From a virus: a stretch of 64,000 nt of DNA. Within the stretch, counting starts at the first letter, position 1. Every line of letters starts with the position of its first letter. Both the position numbers and the translations under genes were made by a program. Under the pieces are notes generated by a model. It saw only the letters and a list, made by a program, of their open reading frames with translations. It had not been told where the DNA came from and did no database searches. Below are positions 47,820 to 56,780 of this stretch, piece by piece. The DNA lies in the IMG/VR virus record IMGVR_UViG_3300036781_000275, positions 9,324 through 73,323 of that record. One strand, written 5' to 3'.

Positions 47820-48604
47820 CCGCGAAACCGTCCGCACTCCGCCATCATATGCGGCTCCTCGATCGGGCATTCGAGGTGCGCGTGATGACATGTCATGTCG
47901 GGATACGCGATCGAAAACGTCACGGTCTCATGGCTCGGATAGTGCGGCTCGTGGCGGCAGTTGTACGGCGCACGCCGCTCGGTTTTGCCTTCCTCCAACC
48001 ACACGCCGTGCATCAGCTCGTACAGCACTTCTTCATCGGCGCTGAGTGGCCACGTTGGTACTATCTCATCCTCGGACCGGTCGCTCATCTCGCGCGAATG
48101 CTCGGCGCAAACAGTTCGTCATGCGATTCGATCTCGCAGAAATAGTCCACCCCGATCCGCCGACGCGCCGGCCGCAAACACTGCGTGCTATGCGGCGCTG
48201 AATGGTGCTGGCAATACCGGCCGGGAATGATCGGCGGGAGCACGCGCGGCGCATACTCGCCGCGCCGGCGTGACGTGATGTAATCGCCCACTGATTCGTA
48301 TCCGTGCCAGAACATCACGGATCTCCACGCGTCGCAGCGTCAACGATTTGGCGCTCCGTGATCCCCATGCGGCCAAGCCCAGCCGCCAAACCATGCCGCG
48401 CCAGCTTCATCAGCCACTGACGCTGCGTCTCCGACGTCTCGTTCCATTCCTCATCGCTCAGCTCGAACGGCGTCGTCGAGAACGCGCTGCCATGCGGCTC
48501 CTGCTCGGCCATCGCGGCCGCAATATGATCGGGAAGGCACGACGCGCGCATCGCGCGCGCCGCGGCCTCAACCGCGACAACTGGTAAGCGGACGGTGCCC
48601 ATGG

Positions 48605-49078
48605 TCAATCGGGAATGTCGTCGTCGTTCGTGAGTCCGTCCTTCCACGGCTCGGGCGGATCATCGCTGGCGGGGCGCTGTGAATCGCTCGTCGGATCGAA
48701 CGCGTGATCCGTCGAATCAAATGCGCCGCCGTCGCCCTCGACGCGCTCTTCGCCATCGCGCTCATCACCGGGGATCGTGCCACCGGTCAAGTCGATGACC
48801 TCGCCGCCCTTCGCGGGCGGTTCGTCGAACGGGAGATCCGGCTGCTCTCCGACCACGTGCGATTCCGGCGCGGGCTCGTCCATGATCTGCGGTTTGATCT
48901 GATCGCGAATTTCCGCCGCGATCGACAACATCGTGTCGTACCCATCCGTGGGCACGCCGAACTCGCTCGCCTTTTTCTTCTGCTTGCTCAGGGCGCTTTC
49001 GTATTCGGCGAGCGCGTTGTTCACGACGTTGCGCTGCCGGCCGAAGAGCCTGAGTACCATTTCGCCATTCTCGTCCAC
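48605..49078 (-). CDS. acidic hypothetical protein
   Basis: GGAG SD; acidic C-terminal DDDIPD (SSB-like tail). Confidence 0.5.
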   Translation of the reverse strand: MDENGEMVLRLFGRQRNVVNNALAEYESALSKQKKKASEFGVPTDGYDTMLSIAAEIRDQIKPQIMDEPAPESHVVGEQPDLPFDEPPAKGGEVIDLTGGTIPGDERDGEERVEGDGGAFDSTDHAFDPTSDSQRPASDDPPEPWKDGLTNDDDIPD

Positions 49079-49118
49079 GTGCCGCTCCGTGTTCGTCAGG
49101 GGGGAGAAAGAGTGTGCG

Positions 49119-50633
49119 CTACGCGCAGACGCCGACCTCGCTCTGCATTTTGCGTTTCATCGCGATGATCGCGTCAGCCCGTGCGCCCGGAAACATCTCA
49201 CGAATCTTCTCCGGTGCCAAGGTCTCGGCCGCGCGGAGATTTGTGGCGGTATCGATGCGCGCTCTTTCGAACGCGGCTTCGTCTTCGTCCTGTGCGTCGA
49301 GCTGTTCCGGCGTGCGATCGCGCAGCAAGTCGCCGAGCGGTGGCTCGCTGGGCAACGGCACCGGTGTCTCCGTGGTCGTGGCGAGATGCACCACGCAGAA
49401 CGGATCCTCAACGCCGTCCTTGCACGTGCATTCCTGCGAGAGCGCGGCGGGCGTTGGTTCGCCGCGCGACAGGTGATCCGCGATTTGCGCGGCGCTCGCC
49501 GAGCCCAACGGTGGAAGCGGCGCGCGGAGCTGCGGAGCCTTGGCGTCTGGCGCTGGCGTCGCGCCGGCCATCGACTCAGCGCGCAGTCCTGCCGCCGCCC
49601 TGAACAGGCCAGTCGGCTCTAGCCCAGCTACCGGGTCTCCGTCCAGTGTCACGACGTCGCCGCCGAGCGATTCGGCGAGCGCCGCGTCGGCCGCCGCGTT
49701 GTTGCGGTCCTCCAGCTCCGCGGAGAGATCCGCAAACACCTGCGCGATGCGCTCGTTGTCGGGCTGTTTCGCCGCGGCACCTTGAGCGCGCGCGTACCCG
49801 TCCTTCAGCACGTCGAGTGGCAGTTCGGGCAGCGGCTTGCCCGCGTGCTCTTCGAGCCCCTTCATCTTCACGAACCGCGGCCCCTCATATTTCCGCGCCA
49901 CGACCTTCTCCTCGGCTTTCGCCGACGACAACCATCGGCGAATGTCGCCAGCCACGTCCGGGTCTTTGAGATCCCACAGCGTGTCCGCGTCCGTCCCGAA
50001 CAAGCCCGTGTTGTCTTTCGTGCAATGCGCCGAGTGCGATGGCATCACGTCGAAGACCAGCGCGAATTCATATTCCGTGCCCTCGCGCACCGTGGGGTTC
50101 ACGCCGAGCTTGATGGGCTTCTTGCCGCCGTTGTGGTCGACGAGCTGATACTCCTGCTTCGAGCGCGACGTCGCGATCACGTGCACGGGCGCTTCCAGAA
50201 TGTGCCGGATCAGATCGTCCCATTCGCGGCCGAACATCTTCCAATTCGCGAAGCCATTCGAGCCGGGGTTCGCCTTGTCGTACTTCTCCTTGCGGTCGAG
50301 CAAGTCCTGCCACGCGTGATGCAGCGAATCGATCACGACCACTTTGAATCCGGCCGCGACGGCCGCATCGAGCGCGGCTTTGTACGCGGCCGGCGTGACC
50401 GAACCGATGTCGCTGAGCGAGAGATGCTTGAACGGAAACTCGTCCGCGTAGTACAGCATGCGGTCGTTCTCGCTGTCGATGGCCGCGATCTCGCCCACGT
50501 CGAGCCCGCGCGCCAAGTAGAGCGCGCCTTTGCTTTTGCCGGATCCGCTCGGCCCGTTGATCATGGCTTTGAGCTTGACCTTGGCTCGTTCGGCGGTGCG
50601 AAAGACGAACGCCGTGTCTGGTTTGGCTGTCAT
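49119..50633 (-). CDS. AAA_24/Sak4-like recombinase ATPase
   Basis: GPSGSGKS, IDSE, VIDSL.H.W, H.I.T.RSK.EY, EYEF. Confidence 0.8.
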   Translation of the reverse strand: MTAKPDTAFVFRTAERAKVKLKAMINGPSGSGKSKGALYLARGLDVGEIAAIDSENDRMLYYADEFPFKHLSLSDIGSVTPAAYKAALDAAVAAGFKVVVIDSLHHAWQDLLDRKEKYDKANPGSNGFANWKMFGREWDDLIRHILEAPVHVIATSRSKQEYQLVDHNGGKKPIKLGVNPTVREGTEYEFALVFDVMPSHSAHCTKDNTGLFGTDADTLWDLKDPDVAGDIRRWLSSAKAEEKVVARKYEGPRFVKMKGLEEHAGKPLPELPLDVLKDGYARAQGAAAKQPDNERIAQVFADLSAELEDRNNAAADAALAESLGGDVVTLDGDPVAGLEPTGLFRAAAGLRAESMAGATPAPDAKAPQLRAPLPPLGSASAAQIADHLSRGEPTPAALSQECTCKDGVEDPFCVVHLATTTETPVPLPSEPPLGDLLRDRTPEQLDAQDEDEAAFERARIDTATNLRAAETLAPEKIREMFPGARADAIIAMKRKMQSEVGVCA

Positions 50634-50774
50634 GCGATGGTTCTCCCTTGCGTCCACGTGATGAGCGTCCTACGTTGCTCGGTGTTGCACGCCTCCGGGG
50701 CGTGTAGTGAATGGCCTGTGTAATACCCTTGCCTTCGGCGGCTCGCACGTCATCTCGTGCGGGCCGCTGTTGCA

Positions 50775-51035
50775 TCAGACGGCGGCCGGCTCCGCCTCAA
50801 CCGGTTCAGCGCGTGGAAAGAGATCGTTCACGCTGCGTCCAACACGGTTCGCGATCTCATGCTTGATCGCCGGGTTATCCCACTTATCCATCAGCACGGC
50901 GTGCACGTTCGTGCGGTGAAAGCCGGTCGCTTTCGCGATGGCTGTCTGCGGCACCCCGTACTCTCGTAGCAACGCGAACCGCTCCGCCTGAAGTGGCGTG
51001 AGTGCCGGTTTCGGTTTGGTTGGCTTTTTGCCCAT
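50775..51035 (-). CDS. XRE/Cro-like HTH regulator
   Basis: QTAIAKATGFHRTNVHAVL...IA..VG.SV.DLF. Confidence 0.75.
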   Translation of the reverse strand: MGKKPTKPKPALTPLQAERFALLREYGVPQTAIAKATGFHRTNVHAVLMDKWDNPAIKHEIANRVGRSVNDLFPRAEPVEAEPAAV

Positions 51036-51056
51036 GGTTCCCTCCGTGCGAGCAAT

Positions 51057-51070
51057 CTAACGGGTGTTAG
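51057..51070. promoter_or_regulatory. palindromic operator CTAACGGGTGTTAG upstream of HTH gene
   Basis: 21 nt upstream of the HTH start codon. Confidence 0.8.
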
Positions 51071-51079
51071 GCATCCGCG

Positions 51080-51898
51080 CTAGTGCTTTTGATGTTCCTT
51101 CCCATCAACAACGTTGAATCCAATCGCCCAGACAAAGGGATTTGATTCCCACGAATGGCCACGCTTCGCGTTCAGCGAGTCCCAGAGCGCGGCATACGTC
51201 TTTACCGGGTTGTCGAGTACGCCCGTGTTCATGCAGTCGAAGCACGCGAGACTCGTCGGCGGCTGATCAAGATGCGTACATCGCGTATACGGCACGCCCT
51301 CAAGAATGGCGTCGTTGAGCGTGATGTCCTGCACGCGCTGCGCGCGCACCTCGGTCACTTCGAGCGTGATCCGTGATGCCCACCGCGGCATGAAGATCGA
51401 CGGTGTTCGGCGGATCCCGTAATCTTCGGCGGCATCCCCATCTGGGCACGACGCCACGTACTGCACTACTCGGCCGTCGTCGTGCGTGGCCTCAGCATCC
51501 CGCGCAAAGTGCGCCGGCGAGATGTAGGCGGTCTCTTTGACCCAGAGCTGCGACGCCGGCGGCGTGTACGGGTCACGCCTGTCGGTGCTCGGCTTCTGAT
51601 CGTAGCAGCGCGCGGGCGCAATCTTCGGCCGTAGTCGATCGACCACCCCGTCACACCCCATGGTTTCACACCATACGCAACCGTTCGCGCTCTGATGCAC
51701 CGGCACGTGCAGATATTCAGCGCCGCTCCCAATGCCGTCGCGCCAAGCTCGCGCGAAATCGGCATGCGCGAAGAACTGACGGCCCCACGCGCCGAACTGC
51801 GCGTTATCTGGCGTGATGACGCGCCGCGTCTGCGTCTTCGTGCCGGCGAGAATCGCGCGCACGCTCTCTGCGCCGAAGATCATACCGCGCTCTGTCAT
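51080..51898 (-). CDS. ASCH-related conserved phage protein
   Basis: VRAILAG.KTQTRR, LWVKET, PSIFMPRWASRITLE, W..NP.VW. Confidence 0.8.
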   Translation of the reverse strand: MTERGMIFGAESVRAILAGTKTQTRRVITPDNAQFGAWGRQFFAHADFARAWRDGIGSGAEYLHVPVHQSANGCVWCETMGCDGVVDRLRPKIAPARCYDQKPSTDRRDPYTPPASQLWVKETAYISPAHFARDAEATHDDGRVVQYVASCPDGDAAEDYGIRRTPSIFMPRWASRITLEVTEVRAQRVQDITLNDAILEGVPYTRCTHLDQPPTSLACFDCMNTGVLDNPVKTYAALWDSLNAKRGHSWESNPFVWAIGFNVVDGKEHQKH

Positions 51899-52256
51899 TT
51901 GTTAACGGTCTCTCCGCACGTGCTCCAACAAAACCAGTGATCGCCGTAGTCGACCCAATTGTGATTGCACTCCGCGCTATTAGGTGGCGGCCCAATGATC
52001 ATCGCGACTGTCTTCTCCGCGCTACGCCAGCGCTCAGCGTCCACCTTGTCCGCCTCGGTCGCGTCAGACCGCGCCTCCTCGATCGCCACGATCAGCGCGT
52101 CGCGCCATTTCGGTAGCTCGCAGTCGTCGACGTGCTTGCCGCTGCGGCATTTACAGACGCGGGCGCGCAAGATCAGTCCCTCCACGAGCCCCGTACGGTC
52201 GAAGCGCCACGCCTCTCGTTGGCGTGGCGCGGCGACCGATTCCGCCGGCGTGTCGC

Positions 52257-52568
52257 TCACGAGCCGAGCGGTTCCAGTTCGCCGAGCGGGTTTACTTCGC
52301 TCTTCAGCTCGCCGCGCGCGTTTAGTTCGCCCACGCGTACCGGCCTGCCATCGGATGGCTTGTACTCGACGCTGCCATCGACCGGGTGGATGTTGAAGTT
52401 TTTCGGCGCGTCGATCAGCACGAATTTCTTGGCGTAGCTCGGCGCTTCGGCCTTGCAATTGCGCAGCGCGATCTTCGCGTCTGCGCCCTGACCCCAGCAG
52501 TTCGAGCCCATGACGAGCGCCGTGCGTCCTGCCGGCGCGGTCCAGATTGCTTTCGCTGATTTCACCAT
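52257..52568 (-). CDS. hypothetical protein
   Basis: Conserved leader at 52571-52590. Confidence 0.6.
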   Translation of the reverse strand: MVKSAKAIWTAPAGRTALVMGSNCWGQGADAKIALRNCKAEAPSYAKKFVLIDAPKNFNIHPVDGSVEYKPSDGRPVRVGELNARGELKSEVNPLGELEPLGS

Positions 52569-52618
52569 ACCGTTGTCTCCGCGTTGGAAGCGCGAGTGAA
52601 TTCTCGCATATCTCTAGC

Positions 52619-52632
52619 CTAACAGGTGTTAG
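52619..52632. promoter_or_regulatory. palindromic operator CTAACAGGTGTTAG
   Basis: Within TTGCGC-16-TAGGCT promoter. Confidence 0.8.
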
Positions 52633-52654
52633 CTCGGCGCGCAAGGGCCAGCAG

Positions 52655-53080
52655 AAAAGCCGCCCGGTGCGCGATAATCAGTCGCGTCCGGTACGGCTTT
52701 CACTTCAGGCGTTCACGGTTTCCAATATGACCGCGCATGGCCGGGCACACAAGAGAACGAGCCGCTTAGGGACGAATCCCCGCGGCTCGTTGCGCGACAG
52801 AAGCTTAGCGCTTCCTGTAAGCCGGTCTCTTGCGGCGGCCCGGATGATTTGCGATCAAGCGCGCTCCCTCGTGAGAGTTCGTGCGTCCGTGAACCTCGCA
52901 TGGTTAACGCCTCTGGCCCGAAAGCGCAACGGCCGTAGCACAACCGGGTTCAGCGCTCGCTCTTCGCTGATGGAGCCGGTGCTACGACCGTTGCAAAAGC
53001 TGACCACCTATCCTGAGCTGATCCGATGCGCTCGTCCACGCACAAGCAGGAAGAGGCCGGGGCCTTTTGTCAGTGGTCAA
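52655..53080 (-). ncRNA. candidate large structured ncRNA directly 3' of tRNA-Met
   Basis: No credible ORF; long stems at 52926-52994, 52756-52791, 52656-52700 plus long-range complementarities. Confidence 0.55.
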
Positions 53081-53081
53081 A

Positions 53082-53154
53082 GAGCAGGGACCGGACTCGA
53101 ACCGGCAACCTCCGAGTTATGAGCCCGGTGCGCTACCAATTGCGCTACCCTGCG
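53082..53154 (-). tRNA. tRNA-Met(CAU), initiator-like
   Basis: CGCAGGG..GCGC..GCGC A CCGGG CTCATAA CTCGG..GCCGG TTCGAGT CCGGT CCCTGCT; C1:U72 mismatch. Confidence 0.88.
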
Positions 53155-53201
53155 ATCGTCAATCTATGCGGCTGTCTGCTGTCTCCACCAGAGCCATTCA
53201 G

Positions 53202-53657
53202 TCAGGGCGTGCGCGTGATCGTGATACCGTCGGGACCCGACGAGGTGTTCGAAAAGATGACCGACTCCGTGAGCGGATCTTTCCGATAGCTCACGCTGGC
53301 CGGTTTGCGTGGTTTGCGACGCCACTCCACCGTGACACCGCCGTGCATGGTCGCGTACAACGCTTCGCCGTGTGCGAGCACAATGTGGCCGTCAGGATCT
53401 TCGCGGTACACCGTGATCCAATCCTGATCGAGATCGTACGCAACAACGCCACTCTTGAGTTCGCGCCCGTATCGGCGGAACACGATGTCCCAGTCTTTCG
53501 TGCCGAAGAAATTCTCGTCTTTCCTGACGTCGAGCTTGCGCGGAATTTCCCGCTCAGGCTGCGCGAACAGTTTCGTGATCGGCGAGAGCGCGACCACACC
53601 GACCGCCGTAGCGAGTGCCGTGGCGTTGCGGAAGAAACTGCGACGGTCTTGATCCAT
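53202..53657 (-). CDS. protein with twin-arginine-like signal
   Basis: DRRSFF followed by hydrophobic helix. Confidence 0.55.
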   Translation of the reverse strand: MDQDRRSFFRNATALATAVGVVALSPITKLFAQPEREIPRKLDVRKDENFFGTKDWDIVFRRYGRELKSGVVAYDLDQDWITVYREDPDGHIVLAHGEALYATMHGGVTVEWRRKPRKPASVSYRKDPLTESVIFSNTSSGPDGITITRTP

Positions 53658-53680
53658 GGCCGTACGGTAGCGCCAGCCAG

Positions 53681-54388
53681 CTAGAACCGCAACGTCAGCA
53701 TGCGGAGCTGCACGGGGCCTTGCTTGACCGTGATGTTCGTGGCGCTCGGCTTCTGATCATGCACGGCCAGATAGACGATCGTACCGACCGCTACCGCGTG
53801 CCCCACCCAGTGCCATGCCGTGCCGGCCGACGCCTGTTTCTTCAGTACCGCGATCTCTCGGTTCCCGTCGTCGACGAGCCCTTGCAAGGCAAGCCGGGCG
53901 CGTTCACCGGCCGCGATCGTACTGGAGTCGTTCGCGATCAAATGGCCCGCCTCGACCAGCCGCGCCTGTAGCGCCACGTCCCTCTCGGCGTGTGCGTGTT
54001 CTGCCGAGTCACTCGCCGCAACCAGTAACTCTACGTGGTCTCGGAGCTGCGCGGCCGTGCTCGCGGAATCGTGCGCCGCGGCCAGTGCGGCATCGCGTTC
54101 GTTGGCGAGTTGCCTCGTGACGCTATCGGCGTGTGCCGTGGTGCGGTATAGGGCGGCCGTATCGGCACGGTAGATGGTCCGCGCCTTCGCGTTCACGATG
54201 GCCGCCTTGACGGCCGTGTCGACGGCAGCGCGGGTCTCTTTCCCGTGCACGGCTCTGATCGAATCGAGCTGCGCCGTGAGCAGCTTCCGCGCGCCGACGT
54301 CGCGCTCGTGTACGACCAGCATGGTGCCCACGGCCACCGCGACCGTGAGCACCACCGCTGCAACAACCAGCTTCGCTCCGCTCGTCAC
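53681..54388 (-). CDS. spanin-like membrane-anchored coiled-coil protein
   Basis: N-terminal TM, Ala-rich coiled coil, C-terminal hydrophobic segment; downstream of endolysin. Confidence 0.5.
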   Translation of the reverse strand: MTSGAKLVVAAVVLTVAVAVGTMLVVHERDVGARKLLTAQLDSIRAVHGKETRAAVDTAVKAAIVNAKARTIYRADTAALYRTTAHADSVTRQLANERDAALAAAHDSASTAAQLRDHVELLVAASDSAEHAHAERDVALQARLVEAGHLIANDSSTIAAGERARLALQGLVDDGNREIAVLKKQASAGTAWHWVGHAVAVGTIVYLAVHDQKPSATNITVKQGPVQLRMLTLRF

Positions 54389-54392
54389 GCGT

Positions 54393-55085
54393 TTACGCCT
54401 TCAGACCGATCTTCTTGCGCGTCCAGTGGTAGAAATCGGCCATCATGTGGCGGAACGAGTCCCACTCCCGCTCGATCCACGGCTCGTTCGCCTTGCCGCC
54501 CGGCACCGCGGTCGGCGGCACGCTCGCCGCGACACGGCCGCTCTGATCGATCACGACCGCCTTCACGCCCACCGGCAGATTGTGCGCCGGATCGCCTTCG
54601 GGCAGCAGCGTCGCGACGGGCGAATCCGGGTGCTGAATGGTGGCACCGGCGTCCGTCACCGTGAGCGTCGCGCCCACCGGCGCGTCGTCCATGGCGTGCG
54701 GATCCCCGACAAATCCATGCGCGTCCGTCGCCACCGGGGCCGCGACCTGCGCGGCGCTCGGCGTCGTCACGAACTGGTCGACGGCCGCGAAAAATGCCGA
54801 CGTGCTACGCGGGCCGCTGCCGTCGCCGATCGTGCGGTTGCCTTCGGCGTCGACGCCGTACGTGTTGTTGATGAAGTTGCCGAGCGCGAGATCGTTGGCC
54901 TCGCTTGCGTCCGCGAACGCTGCGATCGCGGGATGCTTTTCACGGAGCCATACCTCGTACTCCGGGTAGACGCCTTCCCAGTTGTCGGCCGGATCGAAGA
55001 TCGGGGCCTGTGTGATACCGCCAGCCGGGAACGTGCCGGCGAGCAGTCCAAGCCCGGACAGAATGGGTCGTGCTGCTGTGCTCAT
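54393..55085 (-). CDS. hypothetical protein
   Basis: 230-aa ORF with good packing. Confidence 0.55.
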   Translation of the reverse strand: MSTAARPILSGLGLLAGTFPAGGITQAPIFDPADNWEGVYPEYEVWLREKHPAIAAFADASEANDLALGNFINNTYGVDAEGNRTIGDGSGPRSTSAFFAAVDQFVTTPSAAQVAAPVATDAHGFVGDPHAMDDAPVGATLTVTDAGATIQHPDSPVATLLPEGDPAHNLPVGVKAVVIDQSGRVAASVPPTAVPGGKANEPWIEREWDSFRHMMADFYHWTRKKIGLKA

Positions 55086-55121
55086 GGTGCGGATCTCATG
55101 GTGAAATGATGGAACGGGAAA

Positions 55122-55640
55122 CTACGACGGCCAGCCGCTGGCCGGCGCGGGAACGAGATGATCCTTCACGAATTCAGGGAACATACGCCATGTGCGGAGC
55201 GCGTACTGTACGGCGACGCGCTCTTCGGGGGAGTTTTTGTGTCCGTGCAACCGCCACATGTCGAACACGCGGAGCGTCCAACGCACCACGTCGAGGAACG
55301 AATCGTCGTTCCCGTATTCCTTGCGACGCGCCAGCATGTGTCCGATTTCGTGCGCGATGCCGCCCCAGCCGTTCGGCTCGCCGGCGGCGAGTGAATCATC
55401 GGCGAGATAGATGGTCGAGCCGATCGAGAAATCAGAATCGATCAGGCGCGCCACGATATGACGGGGCGCAACTTCGAACCTCAGTGTGATCTTGGCGTCT
55501 GACCCGAGCTGCGGCACGTTCTGCGTGAACATGTAGTGCGTGCCGTTCGCGAGGAGCGTTATCAGCACAATAACGCCCGCCAGCAGCGCGAGCGCGATGC
55601 CGCCGACGATGTACAGCGCGCTATGCAAAACCGGTATCAT
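55122..55640 (-). CDS. membrane-anchored zincin-like protein
   Basis: N-terminal TM, IAHEIGH, downstream E. Confidence 0.55.
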   Translation of the reverse strand: MIPVLHSALYIVGGIALALLAGVIVLITLLANGTHYMFTQNVPQLGSDAKITLRFEVAPRHIVARLIDSDFSIGSTIYLADDSLAAGEPNGWGGIAHEIGHMLARRKEYGNDDSFLDVVRWTLRVFDMWRLHGHKNSPEERVAVQYALRTWRMFPEFVKDHLVPAPASGWPS

Positions 55641-55660
55641 CGCTCGCCCTCGAAAGAAAA

Positions 55661-55952
55661 GTGGAGCCGCGGGGAATCGAACCCCGGTCCAAAAGACCTA
55701 CTCATCACCAACTCTACAAGCATAGGCCGTTGATCGTCAGACGGCCGGCTGTTCATGCGGGGAGCGGCCTTACGGTCGCACCGTCCACCAGTTACGCAGC
55801 CATCTGGATCGGCGTAACGCGATTTCGTGCACTTCGGAACGCACACAGCGACACTTCGTTGTCTTTGGCTGTTATGGTTTGGCCCTGTTGGATCCGGGCC
55901 GCGATCGCTTGCATCGGTGCATTTCAATCTTCTGTCGAAGCCAGTCGGCCCC
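55661..55952 (-). ncRNA. ssrA: tmRNA
   Basis: 5' GGGGCCGAC..GGCTTCGAC; 3' GGACCGGGGTTCGATTCCCCGCGGCTCCAC; G3:U pair; tag ORF 55869-55792 AKDNEVSLCAFRSARNRVTPIQMAA-stop after ATAACA. Confidence 0.92.
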
Positions 55953-55964
55953 TGTCCTCCGTGT

Positions 55965-56399
55965 TTACGCTTCCGGCAATTCCTCGCTCTCGCGGACGGT
56001 CTCCGTTACCGCTTCACCTTCCGCCGACACCGGACCGTCCGCGATCGTCAGCGGCTTGACCGGCTGCACGTCCGTCGATGCGAGCGTGTCCGCATTCTCG
56101 GGCAGCCCTTCGGGCAAGCCTTCGATGCGCACGTTCGCACCTTCGAGCACGCGCACGCGCTGATGTGACCCACGGTGGCTGTGCTCGATCACCGCCTCGC
56201 CGTTCGGCAAGCGTTCCAGTACGTGCACGGTCTTCCGTGTCGTGTCGACCGCGAGCACGTCCGCCGTTGGGAGCTGCTCCCACCGCGGCTTCCGCGTATC
56301 CGGCTGACCCGGATCCGGCGGAGCCTGCTCGCTCACCGGGGTCTCGCGGAAAATCTTGATGTGTGCGCCTGCGTGCGGATCACCGGCTTTGAGCTGCAT
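55965..56399 (-). CDS. hypothetical protein
   Basis: GAGG SD; degenerate operator at 56408-56421. Confidence 0.55.
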   Translation of the reverse strand: MQLKAGDPHAGAHIKIFRETPVSEQAPPDPGQPDTRKPRWEQLPTADVLAVDTTRKTVHVLERLPNGEAVIEHSHRGSHQRVRVLEGANVRIEGLPEGLPENADTLASTDVQPVKPLTIADGPVSAEGEAVTETVRESEELPEA

Positions 56400-56471
56400 G
56401 GTGTGACCTCTCAGGTGTTAGGAATCGTTTGCTCGCCAACAATACATGACGAGTCCAGAAATAACCAGCCC

Positions 56472-56780
56472 CTACGTGACGTCGCCGTTCTGAATGAACC
56501 CGTGCCAACAACGCGTCCGAATCTTGTTGCCGTTCTCATCGACTTCAACCAGATCGATCGAGGGGCTCAACGTGAGTGAATCAGGGAACGCGCCGCTGGC
56601 CTGCCACACCTTGTACAGCTCGCCCTCCTTACGCGGCCGTTCATGAAACGGCTGCGCGCTGATCAACACGCCTACGCGATGCGCAGCCGCGCCCTCGCAG
56701 ACGGGACAGTCGAAAAAGATGATCCCGTCTGCGACGGTGCCAGAAATTCCGGGTTCCAGATCGGCGAGCCGTTTTTTCAC
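56472..56780 (-). CDS. DUF6527-like protein
   Basis: CPVC...H...W...G....LTLSPSI...CWHGFI.NG. Confidence 0.7.
   Translation of the reverse strand: MKKRLADLEPGISGTVADGIIFFDCPVCEGAAAHRVGVLISAQPFHERPRKEGELYKVWQASGAFPDSLTLSPSIDLVEVDENGNKIRTRCWHGFIQNGDVT

Noticed and set aside
52713-52943. 76-aa ORF inside the candidate ncRNA
   Set aside because: No SD or protein-like features; region dominated by base-pairing
42477-55952. tRNA or tmRNA as prophage attachment site
   Set aside because: No duplicated 3' fragment or integrase seen, and phage genes continue on both sides
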